Part shown: positions 30,610-42,685 of the stretch, piece after piece
Position numbering within the stretch: the stretch's first letter is position 1
How the letters are laid out: each line of letters opens with the position of its first letter
Assembly (NCBI GenBank): GCA_964016885.1
Contig: OZ024745.1
Location: 7,564,001-7,628,000, forward strand
Origin: Eledone cirrhosa
Lineage: Eukaryota
Reading direction: 5' to 3'
Length of the DNA: 64,000 bases
Program-made: the position numbers and the translations under genes
The notes under the pieces: model-generated
Seen by the model: the letters and a program-made list of their open reading frames with translations, nothing else
Told to the model about the DNA's origin: nothing
The model's database searches: none

Positions 30610-32315
30610 TTCAATCACCTTAGAGTCGAACAAAGAACTATCTTCATCTTACAGACCCACACTCCCCCCGGCCTGAACTCCCCAGCTTTATTCCTTTAGC
30701 TTTCGACCGCCCCCCTCCCCCCACACTTATCCCCCACTAACACCACTAACACACCCCTCCTTTTCACCGCCCACCCCACAACTAACAATACTAACACCTC
30801 CACTCCACCCTCATCCGACCACCCTTCCCCAACTAACATACTAACATCCCTCCCTTCTTTCCTCCTCCCCCCTCCTTATCACACGCACACACTCACCGGC
30901 ACATATATACACGCGCTCACACTAAACACACACCCTACTACCACCACTAACCCTCACCCCACACCTCCATCCCACCACCCCGCAACTAACCTCACTAACA
31001 CCCCCTGACCCCAAGCACACGAACACACGCACCCACTTACACCACCCACCCCACACGCAACTAACATCACTAACACCCCCCAACCCCACGCACACGTACC
31101 CACACACCCTCGTACACCACCAACTCTACACACCCTACCACCACTAACCCCCACTCACACCTGCATTCAACCCTTTCCCCACCTCCCGTATACTAATACC
31201 CACTAACACCCCCTTCATCAAACTACACACACACCAGTACACCACACTCCCTCCATAGAACTACACACACCCTTCTCTCCCCGCTCCACCCACACCCTCG
31301 CTCCACACTCACTCATCCCACTAACACCTCTACTAATACACACACACACCCTCCTCACTCCAACTTTCACACCTACCCATCCTCGCCCCTTTACCATTCC
31401 ACCTGACTGCTGCTATGCCCTCTGACCACCTCCCAGCACAAACAGACACACAGCACTCCCACCGCTTGACCACTTCCTGTTGCGCGCGCACCCCACATCT
31501 CTCCTCTTCCGACCATCTCTTCATGGAATACTCGTATGTGGAACTTGACCACCACGGAATCTACTAAACATCATAGGAATTTACCAACATTTCAACCAGC
31601 CTCTTACGGAATCACCTATATAACTCACCCACACACACACCCAAACATTTTTTTTTCTCCCACACGCCACCTACACCCACAACACGCTTAAACCCCACAC
31701 ACACGTGCTTTCCACCACATATTTACACCCTCAGCCTCCTGATTCCTCTCCCCTCACCCCTCTATCTACACACGCACAGACACTCCGACCTACAACCCCC
31801 CCCCCCCCCCCCCTCCCACATACACCTCTTCCTGAACATGCAACCCCGTTCTTCCCCCAACCCTTACTTTCACATACACACACACACAGACACACGTACA
31901 CCTACACACACACACCACCTTCAGCCCTCCCCGCTCGGACACCTCGTCTCCCTCTCCCCACTCCACCCGCCACCACCCCTACACACCCCACACCCTTCCA
32001 CCACCTGTTTTACCCCTTTTTAATTTCAGTTTATTTTGATCATGCTTTTATATTTATTTTTATTTCATTCCTTTTATTTTGATCATGCTTTATTTTTATT
32101 TTTATTTTTAATTTCATTCGCACCGTTTCCTTTCGCTATATGTCTCTCCACCACTCCCCTACACACCCTTTGAACTCTGTTCCCACACACTTCTCACCTG
32201 AGGAAGGGCTTATGCCCGAAACGTCGTTCCCCACCACCATCCCACTCTCCAGAGCGTGAAATTAATAAACATTCGTTGTACTGCCTCTCTGTTTTGTCCC
32301 TGTTCAAATTTTTCC

Positions 32316-32320
<5 letters not shown>
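30608..32320 (+). mobile_element. PLE 3' end: last codons of GIY-YIG ORF, long C/A-rich UTR and HHR
   Basis: EQRTIFILQTHTPPGLNSPALFL* (30628-30699) matches the PLE C-terminal pattern E..LIF.L.T..P.GLN; flanked by (TA)n. Confidence 0.75.
32196..32227 (+). ncRNA. Minimal hammerhead (family F)
   Basis: AC-CUGAGGA-A-GGGC-UUAU-GCCC-GAAAC-GUC-GU. Confidence 0.75.
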
Positions 32321-32374
<54 letters not shown>

Positions 32375-32377
<3 letters not shown>

Positions 32378-32934
32378 GGCTCCGTTAATCTATCGTGATA
32401 TTTCGCTCCTTATAACAGTCTTTCCTCTCTCTCTGTTTGGTTGAGCACACTCCTCTGAGTGGTTTTGGGCTGCCCTTTCTAGCAGCTCGTCCCTCAGACA
32501 CCACTGGTTCCCTGCCCTGAACACGCTTTGACTTCTCTCTCCCACGTGTAGCTGGACAGTCGCTTTAAATTCTCTTAGATTTGTCTGAAATGTATAGCCT
32601 TACATACGCTGATGAACCATGGGCTATTTATTTCTGTCAACAAATTATTGGCGAAACAGATTTCTTTGGATTTGTACGTATGTGTTAAATATTTATAGAG
32701 GTTTGTATATACACTTTAATTTATATTTTTAATTATCGTGTGTCTACCCTGCCTTTCATAGGTTATATATTCCATACACTGGTGGTTTTTCGCTGTTTTA
32801 TTGATGGTGCACTATCTCTCTCTAGTGTGTTACCTTTTCAACATATTGTATTTTAAAGAGCTCAGGATTCCTTCTCCTTTGAGCACATTATTGACAGGGA
32901 ATAGCGAGAGTCTATGGCTCCGTTAATCTATCGT
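32375..32934 (+). mobile_element. ORF-less terminally redundant HHR element (538-nt period), retrozyme-like
   Basis: 22-bp direct repeat TATGGCTCCGTTAATCTATCGT at 32375 and 32913; (TA)n outside both; central HHR. Confidence 0.7.
32602..32683 (+). ncRNA. Type I hammerhead with full hairpin stem III (family G)
   Basis: ACAUACG-CUGAUGA-aCCA...UGGc-GAAA-CAGAUUU-cuuu-GGAUUUG-UA-CGUAUGU; stem I is a perfect 7 bp. Confidence 0.8.
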
Positions 32935-33107
32935 TATATATATATAGTGGTGGAACACTGGAAGGTAATATCCGTAGTGGTAGAGCACTCAGTCCATGGG
33001 ACGAGTTAGGTAGAAGTGGTTACACAACAGTTAGTTCACCATACCGAGAACAATTGTTTCACCGTAGCGGATCCTCAGCTCGGAATCCTCAGCGGATCCT
33101 CAGCTCG

Positions 33108-33234
<127 letters not shown>

Positions 33235-33490
33235 AGAGAGAGAAGAGAGAGAGAGAGAATGAGTAAATGCGAAGTAGTTTCAGATGTTAAAGTCTTTTAT
33301 TGATAATGCTGTGATACATATTTCAATGACGACAGTGGCCACACGATTCCGCGTACCCAGTGCCATGACATCATCAGAAAGCTTCTTACATAATAAGGTT
33401 ACGTTCCCGAGGCAATCCAAAGTGAAACGACAAGGGAACGGACAAGGCGTGTGTTCTTGGTTTTCCTGCCCGTTGAAAGGACGAGAGATA

Positions 33491-33543
<53 letters not shown>

Positions 33544-33545
<2 letters not shown>

Positions 33546-33655
33546 GGGATACGGGAATCAGTAGACAGGACCTGGGGGCGGCGATGGGGGACAGGGAATT
33601 CTGGGGCATGAGAGTGAGATCCATCATCTCGACAGTAGTCGACGAATGATGATGA

Positions 33656-33659
<4 letters not shown>
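33544..33659 (+). mobile_element. RTE-clade LINE extreme 3' end with (GAT)n tail
   Basis: RDTGISRQDLGAAMGDREFWGMRV...* followed by (ATG)n. Confidence 0.7.
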
Positions 33660-33715
<56 letters not shown>

Positions 33716-33935
33716 ACCTGTTTGTATTTTCGTCGTTGTAGTGTCTTCTATAGCATTCTTCACTTAACCACAGTTTTCAATTTGTCACACCTTTAACGTA
33801 TGTTTATTACTCTGAGATTTAATTTATCGATTTATCGATATCATTTTATTGAGCACTTCGTGCAAAGCTTCCGAAGGTTGTTCTTCCGTGAGATGCTAGC
33901 CGATACTGCAGCTTCAATTTTACTCACTTTCATTG

Positions 33936-34001
<66 letters not shown>

Positions 34002-34069
34002 ATATATATATATATATATGAGAAAAATATGGGGAGAAGAATACTGCATGGTTGCACATGGATTACATG

Positions 34070-34144
<75 letters not shown>

Positions 34145-34222
34145 AAACAGAAATAACAACACAATAGGTACAGTATATGGAAGGGACATATTAGGTTAAC
34201 ACTTGAAATAGCAGGAAGAGGG

Positions 34223-34258
34223 TCTTAAAGTTTCGGACGCTAGTCCTTCATCAGAAGA
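34223..34258 (-). ncRNA. Minimal hammerhead (family C) in relic 34143-34342
   Basis: UCUU-CUGAUGA-A-GGAC-UAGC-GUCC-GAAAC-UUU-AAGA (stem III G is mutated). Confidence 0.65.
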
Positions 34259-34372
34259 AAGAATGAGAAATAAGATAGATTGAGGGGACGGGCGGGTTGG
34301 AATTGGAAAAAATGTCTTTAGATAAAAATAACAGGTCCATTCATGTAGAAATCTCTTGCTTACATATATATA

Positions 34373-34496
<124 letters not shown>

Positions 34497-34550
34497 ATTA
34501 AAATAACAAATTAAAGTTTAAGCAAAGAATCGCTGCTTATATATATATAT

Positions 34551-36500
34551 ATGGAGTACAGCCAAGATCAACTCCCATTTCTGGACATCTTAATCTTTAA
34601 AAAAGACATAAATATTGAAACTGACATACACTACAAACCAACAGATTCCAAACAATACCTGCTATTCACCTCCAACCATCCAAAGCACACGAAGACGAAC
34701 ATCCCTTTTAACCTAGCAAGAAGAATTTGCACAATCGTCTCCAATTATGAAATTCGAAATAAACGACTTCAAGAATTAAAGGAAATTCTACTCGAAAGAG
34801 AGTACCCACCATTACTAATAAATAATGGAATAGAAAGGGCTAAAGCAATAGGCATTGATGGATTACGAAAACAGAAACAAATTCAAGGTACGTCCAATAT
34901 TCTATCATATATCTCAACACACAACTCAAGAAATGCGGAAGCTTACAACCCTATTCACAAGAACATCCCACTATTGAAACAAGACCCAAGAATGAAAAAA
35001 GCCCTTGAAACACACAAAATAATCAAAAGCAAAAGACAACCGAAATCACTAAAAACATTACTCACCAATGCCAAATTACCTACCACAAAACCACAACTAA
35101 CTGTCAAAAAATGTGGTCGCTCTAATTGTGGAACATGCACTCACCTCATTGAAGGCAACACGTATACATTTCAATCGGGACAAAATTTTGCTGTAAAAAA
35201 TCACTTCACTTGCTCATCAAAAATTTTAATTTATGCCATTAAATGTAAAGGATGCAATGAAGATTATATAGGACAGACTAAACTCACACTCAGAAACAGA
35301 ATGACAGTTCATCGCTAACAATTACGAGATCCAACCGCGAGACAGATACCACTAAGTGCACATCTAGACATATGCGCAAGTAATAAGACACCCAAATTCC
35401 AAGTCTTCCCATTTTAACTTTGCGCTGACAATACAACAGAACAAATACGAATAAATAAGGAAAATATGTTTATTCAAAAATATAGACCAGCATTAAATAT
35501 AGTTTAATATACATTATGTCAACACCATAACATGCTAACCATCCAAACAGACACATACACACACACATAACACCTTCTACTTTAGAAAATAAAAACCAGA
35601 ACTAAATAAACCTTAACATACGTTAATATTCTAACACCTTAACATGCTAACCCCCCCACCCACCCACACATAACCCCCACCCCCATTTCTAGTAACGGAA
35701 TAATTTTCCTACACACACACAAAATATATATATATTCTCTCCATCTAAACATGCTAACCATACTCCCATACACACATACACACATAACACCCATACACAC
35801 AACTCCCTCCCCCATTTCTACTAATAGAATCATCTTCCTACACACACACACACACATACACACACACACACAAGCACACAAATAAACATACCTATCTCTA
35901 CTTTCTTTATTTCAATAGAAAGTCTGAATTCTGACACTCCAGCGCACCAGCCATATTCACTGAACCAGAACAATACTCCCCATCCCATTTTTCTTGACCA
36001 TTATCTTTTGTTTGGCACAAAATTCTCTAAAAGGCTAAAGAAATTCAAACACAAACTGGCGCGAAAGCTGATCTGCTTATTCACGTGGCTGCATCAACCA
36101 AACTTCACTCATATATGAAAAAACAACCTGAGCCCCCCCCCCCCCCCCTTTTTGTTTGAAGAACTTTGTAACGGTAACTGGCGCGAAATTTATTATACTT
36201 ATTCACCAACCAACCAACCAAATTACTTCTCTAAAAACCTGGCATTTCGAGCCACTTTTTTCCTTATAAAACAGAAGTAACATCCAAAGACCAACCAGAT
36301 GTGAGAAAAACCACAAACCCTCCATCTCAACTCTACTTTTGAAAAGCAAAAGAACTGCGAAACCGGTAAAGGAACCAAATAAATATATATTTTAAAAAAA
36401 AATAAGACTCCAGTTGCATTTTCGATTTCATCTTTTTTCCTTATACTTTCACTCGTGCAGGACACCTCGGTTATTTTTCATTTTGTAAAAAAGATCTCAC

Positions 36501-36507
<7 letters not shown>
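34551..36507 (+). mobile_element. 5'-truncated PLE (RT end, thumb, GIY-YIG; stops at 35316 and 35415; ORF end about 35507; 3' UTR with eroded HHR at 36260-36374)
   Basis: LPFLDI...YKPTDSKQYL..SNHP; IYAIKCKGCNEDYIGQT...RMTVH; KENMFIQKYRPALN; GAAACCGGTA-AAGGAA with upstream TTCCTT. Confidence 0.9.
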
Positions 36508-36547
<40 letters not shown>

Positions 36548-36550
<3 letters not shown>

Positions 36551-36740
36551 CAAAGGAATTGTGGTAAGGAACCAGATGGACCATAACGCACCAGAGTACT
36601 CAATACTTAGGGTAGTAGAGTGGGAAATAGGAAAAAGTAGGACCCGACGGCAGAGCTCAAGCCGTTTCGACGGCTATTTCTGTAGTCCAGAAATAGTCGT
36701 CGAAACGGCTTGAGCTCTGCCGTCAGGGGTCATACTTTTT

Positions 36741-36744
<4 letters not shown>
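36548..36744. mobile_element. Fold-back 'tail + hairpin' PLE end (family M)
   Basis: Palindrome 36628-36744 carrying GAAA-CGGC-uugagcucu-GCCG-UC on both strands; 80-bp tail; (TA)n flanks. Confidence 0.8.
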
Positions 36745-36833
<89 letters not shown>

Positions 36834-37022
36834 AGATAAATCTACCAAAAGTTTACTGTAGTGTCCAATCCGTATGAAGAACTCAATGTAATCCGGATAT
36901 CATGAAAAGAGAAGATGCATTCAAAAACTACTTTCGGTGAAAAATAAACGGAAACAGAGTCAAGATAAAATATTAAAAAAATAATGAATAAACAAAGAAG
37001 CAGTTCCTTATATTAGAAAAAT

Positions 37023-37162
37023 TCATTATTTTACGATCGTTTCTAGGATATATATGTGTTAGAGTTGGTATGCATATTCTATAGATCTATGTACAATATT
37101 TATACAAACTATCAGAGGGAATATACATACCTACACATATATATGCTGTCTTCAGAAATAAT
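37023..37162 (-). ncRNA. Long-stem-II hammerhead (family D)
   Basis: AUUAUUU-CUGAAGA-(about 105 nt)-GAAA-CGAUCG-UA-AAAUAAUGA. Confidence 0.7.
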
Positions 37163-37379
37163 TGTTTCTACTTAAGGCACAAGGCCAGCAATTACCCAGT
37201 GCATTACTGGTACTTTATTTTATCGACCCCGTAAGGATGAAAGGCAAAGTCAACCTCGGCGGGATTTGAACTCAGATCGTAAAGGGACGTAACTATGCTG
37301 GAAAGCATGGCGTCCGACCCTCTACTGATACTGCCAATCCACCGCCCTCTGCCAATCCACCGCCCTCTGCCAATCCACC
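37163..37379 (-). mobile_element. Young SINE family 2 copy with 18-bp TSD and triplicated 18-bp head
   Basis: TSD GCTGTCTTCAGAAATAAT at 37145-37162 and 37380-37397; empty site at about 41309-41326; CTGCCAATCCACCGCCCT x3. Confidence 0.93.
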
Positions 37380-38091
37380 GCTGTCTTCAGAAATAATGAT
37401 ACTTGTTTATTGATAAGAACAAAGATTCAATACAATAGGTCTGTTTGGGAACAGGTTTTGAATTGACCAATCAGGAGATAGTGAGGGTCAAGATAGTGAT
37501 ATTAGGAGAATCTTAAATTATGGGTAGAGGAAGGTAGATTTCAGTTTTTGATGGAAAAGAGTATTATGAATGAAGGATTACTTTAGGGAAGAAGTAGGTC
37601 ATATGTTGACCTCTGAAATAATTTTATTTGTTCATTGAATAAAATCAACAAAGATCAAATATATTCTGTCTGTTTGGTAAGAGGTTTAGAATTAACCAAT
37701 AGAAGGTTAATAATTGGCCAAATGGTAAAATAGTAGTAATTGAAACTTATTTTAGGGGTGAAACTAGGTCAGGTGGTCAGTAGAAGGTATACAAGCAGTT
37801 GCTGTTATAAAATAGTAATGCCAATACAAATATCTAAGGTGACTAGAGTTTTAAGATAAGGATGTTAGTGAAAAAAAATACATCTATGAAAAGGATATAA
37901 AATTAATATAATTGATGGGTATATTTATATTGATAAAATTATACTAATACATATAGATATGATAAATAAGAGTTAGATGCAGTTGAAAAGTGCTGTTAAG
38001 GATGAGGGGAGATTAAAAGAATATAAGAATGATATATATATATATATACATATATGTACCTACATATATATACATACATACACACACACAT

Positions 38092-38184
<93 letters not shown>

Positions 38185-38221
38185 TATACACATACATACA
38201 CGTACACACACAAATATATAC

Positions 38222-38263
<42 letters not shown>

Positions 38264-38309
38264 GCATATACACATGTACATATACATACACACACACACG
38301 CACACACAG

Positions 38310-38352
<43 letters not shown>

Positions 38353-38377
38353 CATACACACACACACACACACATAT

Positions 38378-38411
<34 letters not shown>

Positions 38412-38548
38412 ACATATATATATAAGAAGATAGACATAGAATATTCGAAAATATTCTGTATGTTTATAATAAACATTTTGAAGACCTAATCGCTATAGAA
38501 TAGAATACGTCACGTATTACAATTAGATTCTCGATAAAAGCAAGGGAA

Positions 38549-38591
38549 GTAACCTACGCATTTCATTCTTATTAGAAATCTTCAGGATTAC
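38549..38591 (-). ncRNA. Hammerhead (family H) copy 1
   Basis: As copy 3 but GAAAUGCGUA. Confidence 0.8.
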
Positions 38592-38858
38592 ATATCCAGT
38601 GCTTTTATCGAGAATGACACAGCTAGAGACTTATAGAATACTTAGCTGTGTACAGGAACTGGTTTGAAAGAGCGGTTGCCGGTCCGGCAGAAATTAGAAA
38701 TTGGAATAAATGCTCTGAAATAGCGATATATATGTGAAGATAGACATAGAATATTCGAAAATATTCTGTATGTTTATAATAAACATTTTGAAGACCTAAT
38801 CGCTATAGAATAGAATACGTCACGTATTACAATTAGATTCTCGATAAAAGCAAGGGAA

Positions 38859-38901
38859 GTAACCTACGCGTTTCATTCTTATTAGAAATCTTCAGGATTA
38901 C
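38859..38901 (-). ncRNA. Hammerhead (family H) copy 2
   Basis: Reverse complement of 39199-39241; 310 nt from copy 1. Confidence 0.88.
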
Positions 38902-39198
38902 ATATCCAGTGCTTTTATCGAGAATGACACAGCTAGAGACTTATAGAATACTTAGCTGTGTACAGGAACTGGTTTGAAAGAGCGGTTGCCGGTCCGGCAG
39001 AAATTAGAAATAGCTATTAGAAATCGCTATTTCAGAGCATTTATTAGAAATAGCTATTAGAAATCGCTATTTCAGAGCATTTATTCCAATTTCTAATTTC
39101 TGCCGGACCGGCAACCGCTCTTTCAAACCAGTTCCTGTACACAGCTAAGTATTCTATAAGTCTCTAGCTGTGTCATTCTCGATAAAAGCACTGGATAT

Positions 39199-39241
39199 GT
39201 AATCCTGAAGATTTCTAATAAGAATGAAACGCGTAGGTTAC
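39199..39241 (+). ncRNA. Hammerhead (family H) copy 3
   Basis: GUAAUC-CUGAAGA-uUUCU-aaua-AGAAu-GAAAC-GC-GUA-GGUUAC. Stem I continues after an internal loop as a perfect 16-bp helix (39175-39190/39248-39263). Confidence 0.88.
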
Positions 39242-40253
39242 TTCCCTTGCTTTTATCGAGAATCTAATTGTAATACGTGACGTATTCTATTCTATAGCGA
39301 TTAGGTCTTCAAAATGTTTATTATAAACATACAGAATATTTTCGAATATTCTATGTCTATCTTCACATATATATCGCTATTTCAGAGCATTTATTCCAAT
39401 TACATATATATATATTTTTTATACATTCACATCCATACACACCTACATACATAGACACTTATATACACACACATCCACACTTACATATACATATAATTAT
39501 TGAGGGGGGGGGGGATTAAATTTATTAGTGGGAAATAGTAAATATATATAGGTTTCAAGGAACATAGAGTCATAACCTGAAGTTAAAGCATTATATATGT
39601 TTACTTAATGGTATCAGTTTTAGGAAATGATATTTGTAAGAAGAATATTAATTATAGGTTAACTAAAATAAAAATAGTTAATATATAAATTTCTAAGGTG
39701 TATATTAATTAGGTTTATCATATTTAAAGGATGGGTATAATATATAAACTATTTTTAATTTAGTTAACATATAATTAATATTCTACTACTGATGAACTAC
39801 ATAATTTGGCTTTCCCTCTTACAAATATCATTTCCTAAAAATGATACCATTAAGTAAACATATGTAATTATTTTTAATTTAGTTAACCTATAATTAATAT
39901 TCTACTACTGATGAACTACATAATTTCTGCTTTAAATATGATAAACCTAATTAATATACACCTTAGAAATTTATATATTAACTATTTTTATTTTAGTTAA
40001 CCTATAATTAATATTCTTCTTACAAATATCATTTCCTAAAACTGATACCATTAAGTAAACATATATAATGCTTTAACTTCAGGTTATGACTCTATGTTCC
40101 TTGAAACCTATATATATTTACTATTTCCCACTAATAAATTTAATCCCCCCCCCCAATAATTATATGTATATGTAAGTGTGGATGTGTGTGTATATAATTG
40201 TCTATGTATGTAGGTGTGTATGGATGTGAATGTATAAAAAATATATATATATG

Positions 40254-40290
<37 letters not shown>

Positions 40291-40368
40291 ATATGTGTGT
40301 GTGTATGAGTATATATATATATATATATATCTGTGTGTGCGTGTATGTATATGTACATGTGTATATGC

Positions 40369-40424
<56 letters not shown>

Positions 40425-40465
40425 GTATATATTTGTGTGTGTATGTGTATGTATGTGTATATAGA

Positions 40466-40522
<57 letters not shown>

Positions 40523-41306
40523 ATGTGTGTGTGTATGTATGTATATATATGTAGGTACATATATGTATATATATATATATCATTCTTATATTCTTTTAAT
40601 CTCCCCTCATCCTTAACAGCACTTTTCAACTGCATCTAACTCTTATTTATCATATCTATATGTATTAGTATAATTTTATCAATATAAATATACCCATCAA
40701 TTATATTAATTTTATATCCTTTTCATAGATGTATTTTTTTTCACTAACATCCTTATCTTAAAACTCTAGTCACCTTAGATATTTGTATTGGCATTACTAT
40801 TTTATAACAGCAACTGCTTGTATACCTTCTACTGACCACCTGACCTAGTTTCACCCCTAAAATAAGTTTCAATTACTACTATTTTACCATTTGGCCAATT
40901 ATTAACCTTCTATTGGTTAATTCTAAACCTCTTACCAAACAGACAGAATATATTTGATCTTTGTTGATTTTATTCAATGAACAAATAAAATTATTTCAGA
41001 GGTCAACATATGACCTACTTCATCCCTAAAGTAATCCATTATTATATTGGATCTTTGTTGGTTTTATTCAATGAACAAATAAAATTATTTCTGAGGTCAA
41101 CATATGACCTACTTCTTCCCTAAAGTAATCCTTCATTCATAATACTCTTTTCCATAAAAAACTGAAATCTACCTTCCTCTACCCATAATTTAAGATTCTC
41201 CTAATATCACTATCTTGACCCTCACTATCTCCTGATTGGTCAATTCAAAACCTGTTCCCAAACAGACCTATTGTATTGAATCTTTGTTCTTATCAATAAA
41301 CAAGTA

Positions 41307-41448
41307 TCATTATTTCTGAAGACAGCATATATATGTGAAGGTATGTATATTCCCTCTGATAGTTTGTATAAATATTGTACATAGATCTATAGAATATGCA
41401 TACCAACTCTAACACATATATATCCTAGAAACGATCGTAAAATAATGA
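41307..41448 (+). ncRNA. Long-stem-II hammerhead (family D)
   Basis: UCAUUAUUU-CUGAAGA-cagcAUAUAUAUGUG...CACAUAUAUAUccua-GAAA-CGAUCG-UA-AAAUAAUGA. Confidence 0.75.
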
Positions 41449-41497
41449 ATTTTTCTAATATAAGGAACTGCTTCTTTGTTTATTCATTATTTTTTAA

Positions 41498-41587
<90 letters not shown>

Positions 41588-41590
<3 letters not shown>

Positions 41591-41896
41591 GAGTATATGT
41601 TCCTACACGCACAAGGCGCTAAGGGACACATGTATTGTCCAACCATATGCCAATGTGGTTCAATGGCAGGTTAATAAATTAACGAGCCAGAACATATATA
41701 ATCAAGGTTTAGCAAATAAGAAAAAGTTTCAAAATAAATTTTAAAAAATAAACTTCACTTACTATGGTTACCTTTACCGAATCGGTTTCGAGTCTCAAAA
41801 ATAAACGGAGATTCGGTAAAGGTAACCATAGTAAGTAAAGTTAATTTTTTAAAATTTATTTTGAAACCTTTTCTTATTTGCTAAACCTTGATTATA
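41588..41896. mobile_element. Fold-back 'tail + hairpin' relic related to family I
   Basis: Arms of about 85 bp (41697-41783/41810-41896); minus strand has GAAA-CCGAUUCGG-UA-AAGG; tail homologous to 47461-47540. Confidence 0.75.
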
Positions 41897-42512
41897 TATA
41901 TATATATTCATGAGTTAGACATTGAGAACAAAACACAACCCTTCATGCCTAGGAAACCCAAGATCAATATGAAAGATCACAAAAGAAATTTTGAAAATGA
42001 TTTGCCAGTCAGATTGATTGCACCATCAAAATCTGACCTGGGTAAACTTAGCAAAAACATTCTAGACAGGGTGATACAGCAAATTAAAAACTTACATAAT
42101 TTACCTTACTTAAACTTATGGAAGGGGACTGGTGAGGTTATTGAGTGGTTTAAAGAAATTAATTATAACAATAATAATAAATTTATTCAACTAGTTATTG
42201 CTAACTACTATTCATCTATTACCCCTAATCTACTGAACAAGGCACTAAATTACGCATTCAAACATACAGACCTAACTAGCAATGAAATGCACATTATATT
42301 ATCGGCAAGGAAAACATTGATAGAATTTAATAACCAACTATGGACTAGAGTAGATAGAGATAATAATTTCGACATAACTATGGGATCATCTGATTCAGCT
42401 CAGGTAACGGACCTTGTGGGCCTATTTATAATTAATTCGCTGCATAGAAAAATACCAGGTGTAACCGGAGGATTATATCGTGATGACATGCTTTTACTTA
42501 TTGAAAATAATA

Positions 42513-42685
42513 GTTTCTACGTTAGGCACAAGGCCAGCAATTACCCAGTGCATTACTGGTACTTTATTTTATCGACCCCATAAGGATGAAAGGCAAAGTC
42601 AACCTCGGCGGGATTTGAACTCAGATCGTAAAGGGACGTAACTATGCTGGAAAGCATGGCGTCCGACCCTCTACCGATACTGCCA
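42513..42685 (-). mobile_element. Young SINE family 2 copy inserted just after the YRDD motif
   Basis: Near-identical to the 37163 copy; empty site at about 51930. Confidence 0.92.

Larger units (their letters stand above)
38425..39401. mobile_element. 310-nt HHR repeat cluster: 1.9 tandem copies plus 1.1 inverted copies (non-LTR retrozyme-like)
   Basis: Units at 38426-38735 and 38736-39010, inverted unit at 39064-39401; TACATATATATATA duplicated on both flanks; absent from the paralogous arm; no ORF. Confidence 0.85.
36965..41506. repeat. Inverted duplication of about 1.6 kb of PLE-type 3' UTR (arms 36965-39729 and 39930-41506); the left arm carries two later insertions
   Basis: Arms are reverse complements, e.g. 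37400-38030 versus 40580-41300; each ends in a family D HHR. Confidence 0.9.

Noticed and set aside
39789-39915. Two CTGATGA motifs at the centre of the inverted duplication
   Set aside because: No downstream GAAA, stem III or stem I; part of a local rearranged duplication.
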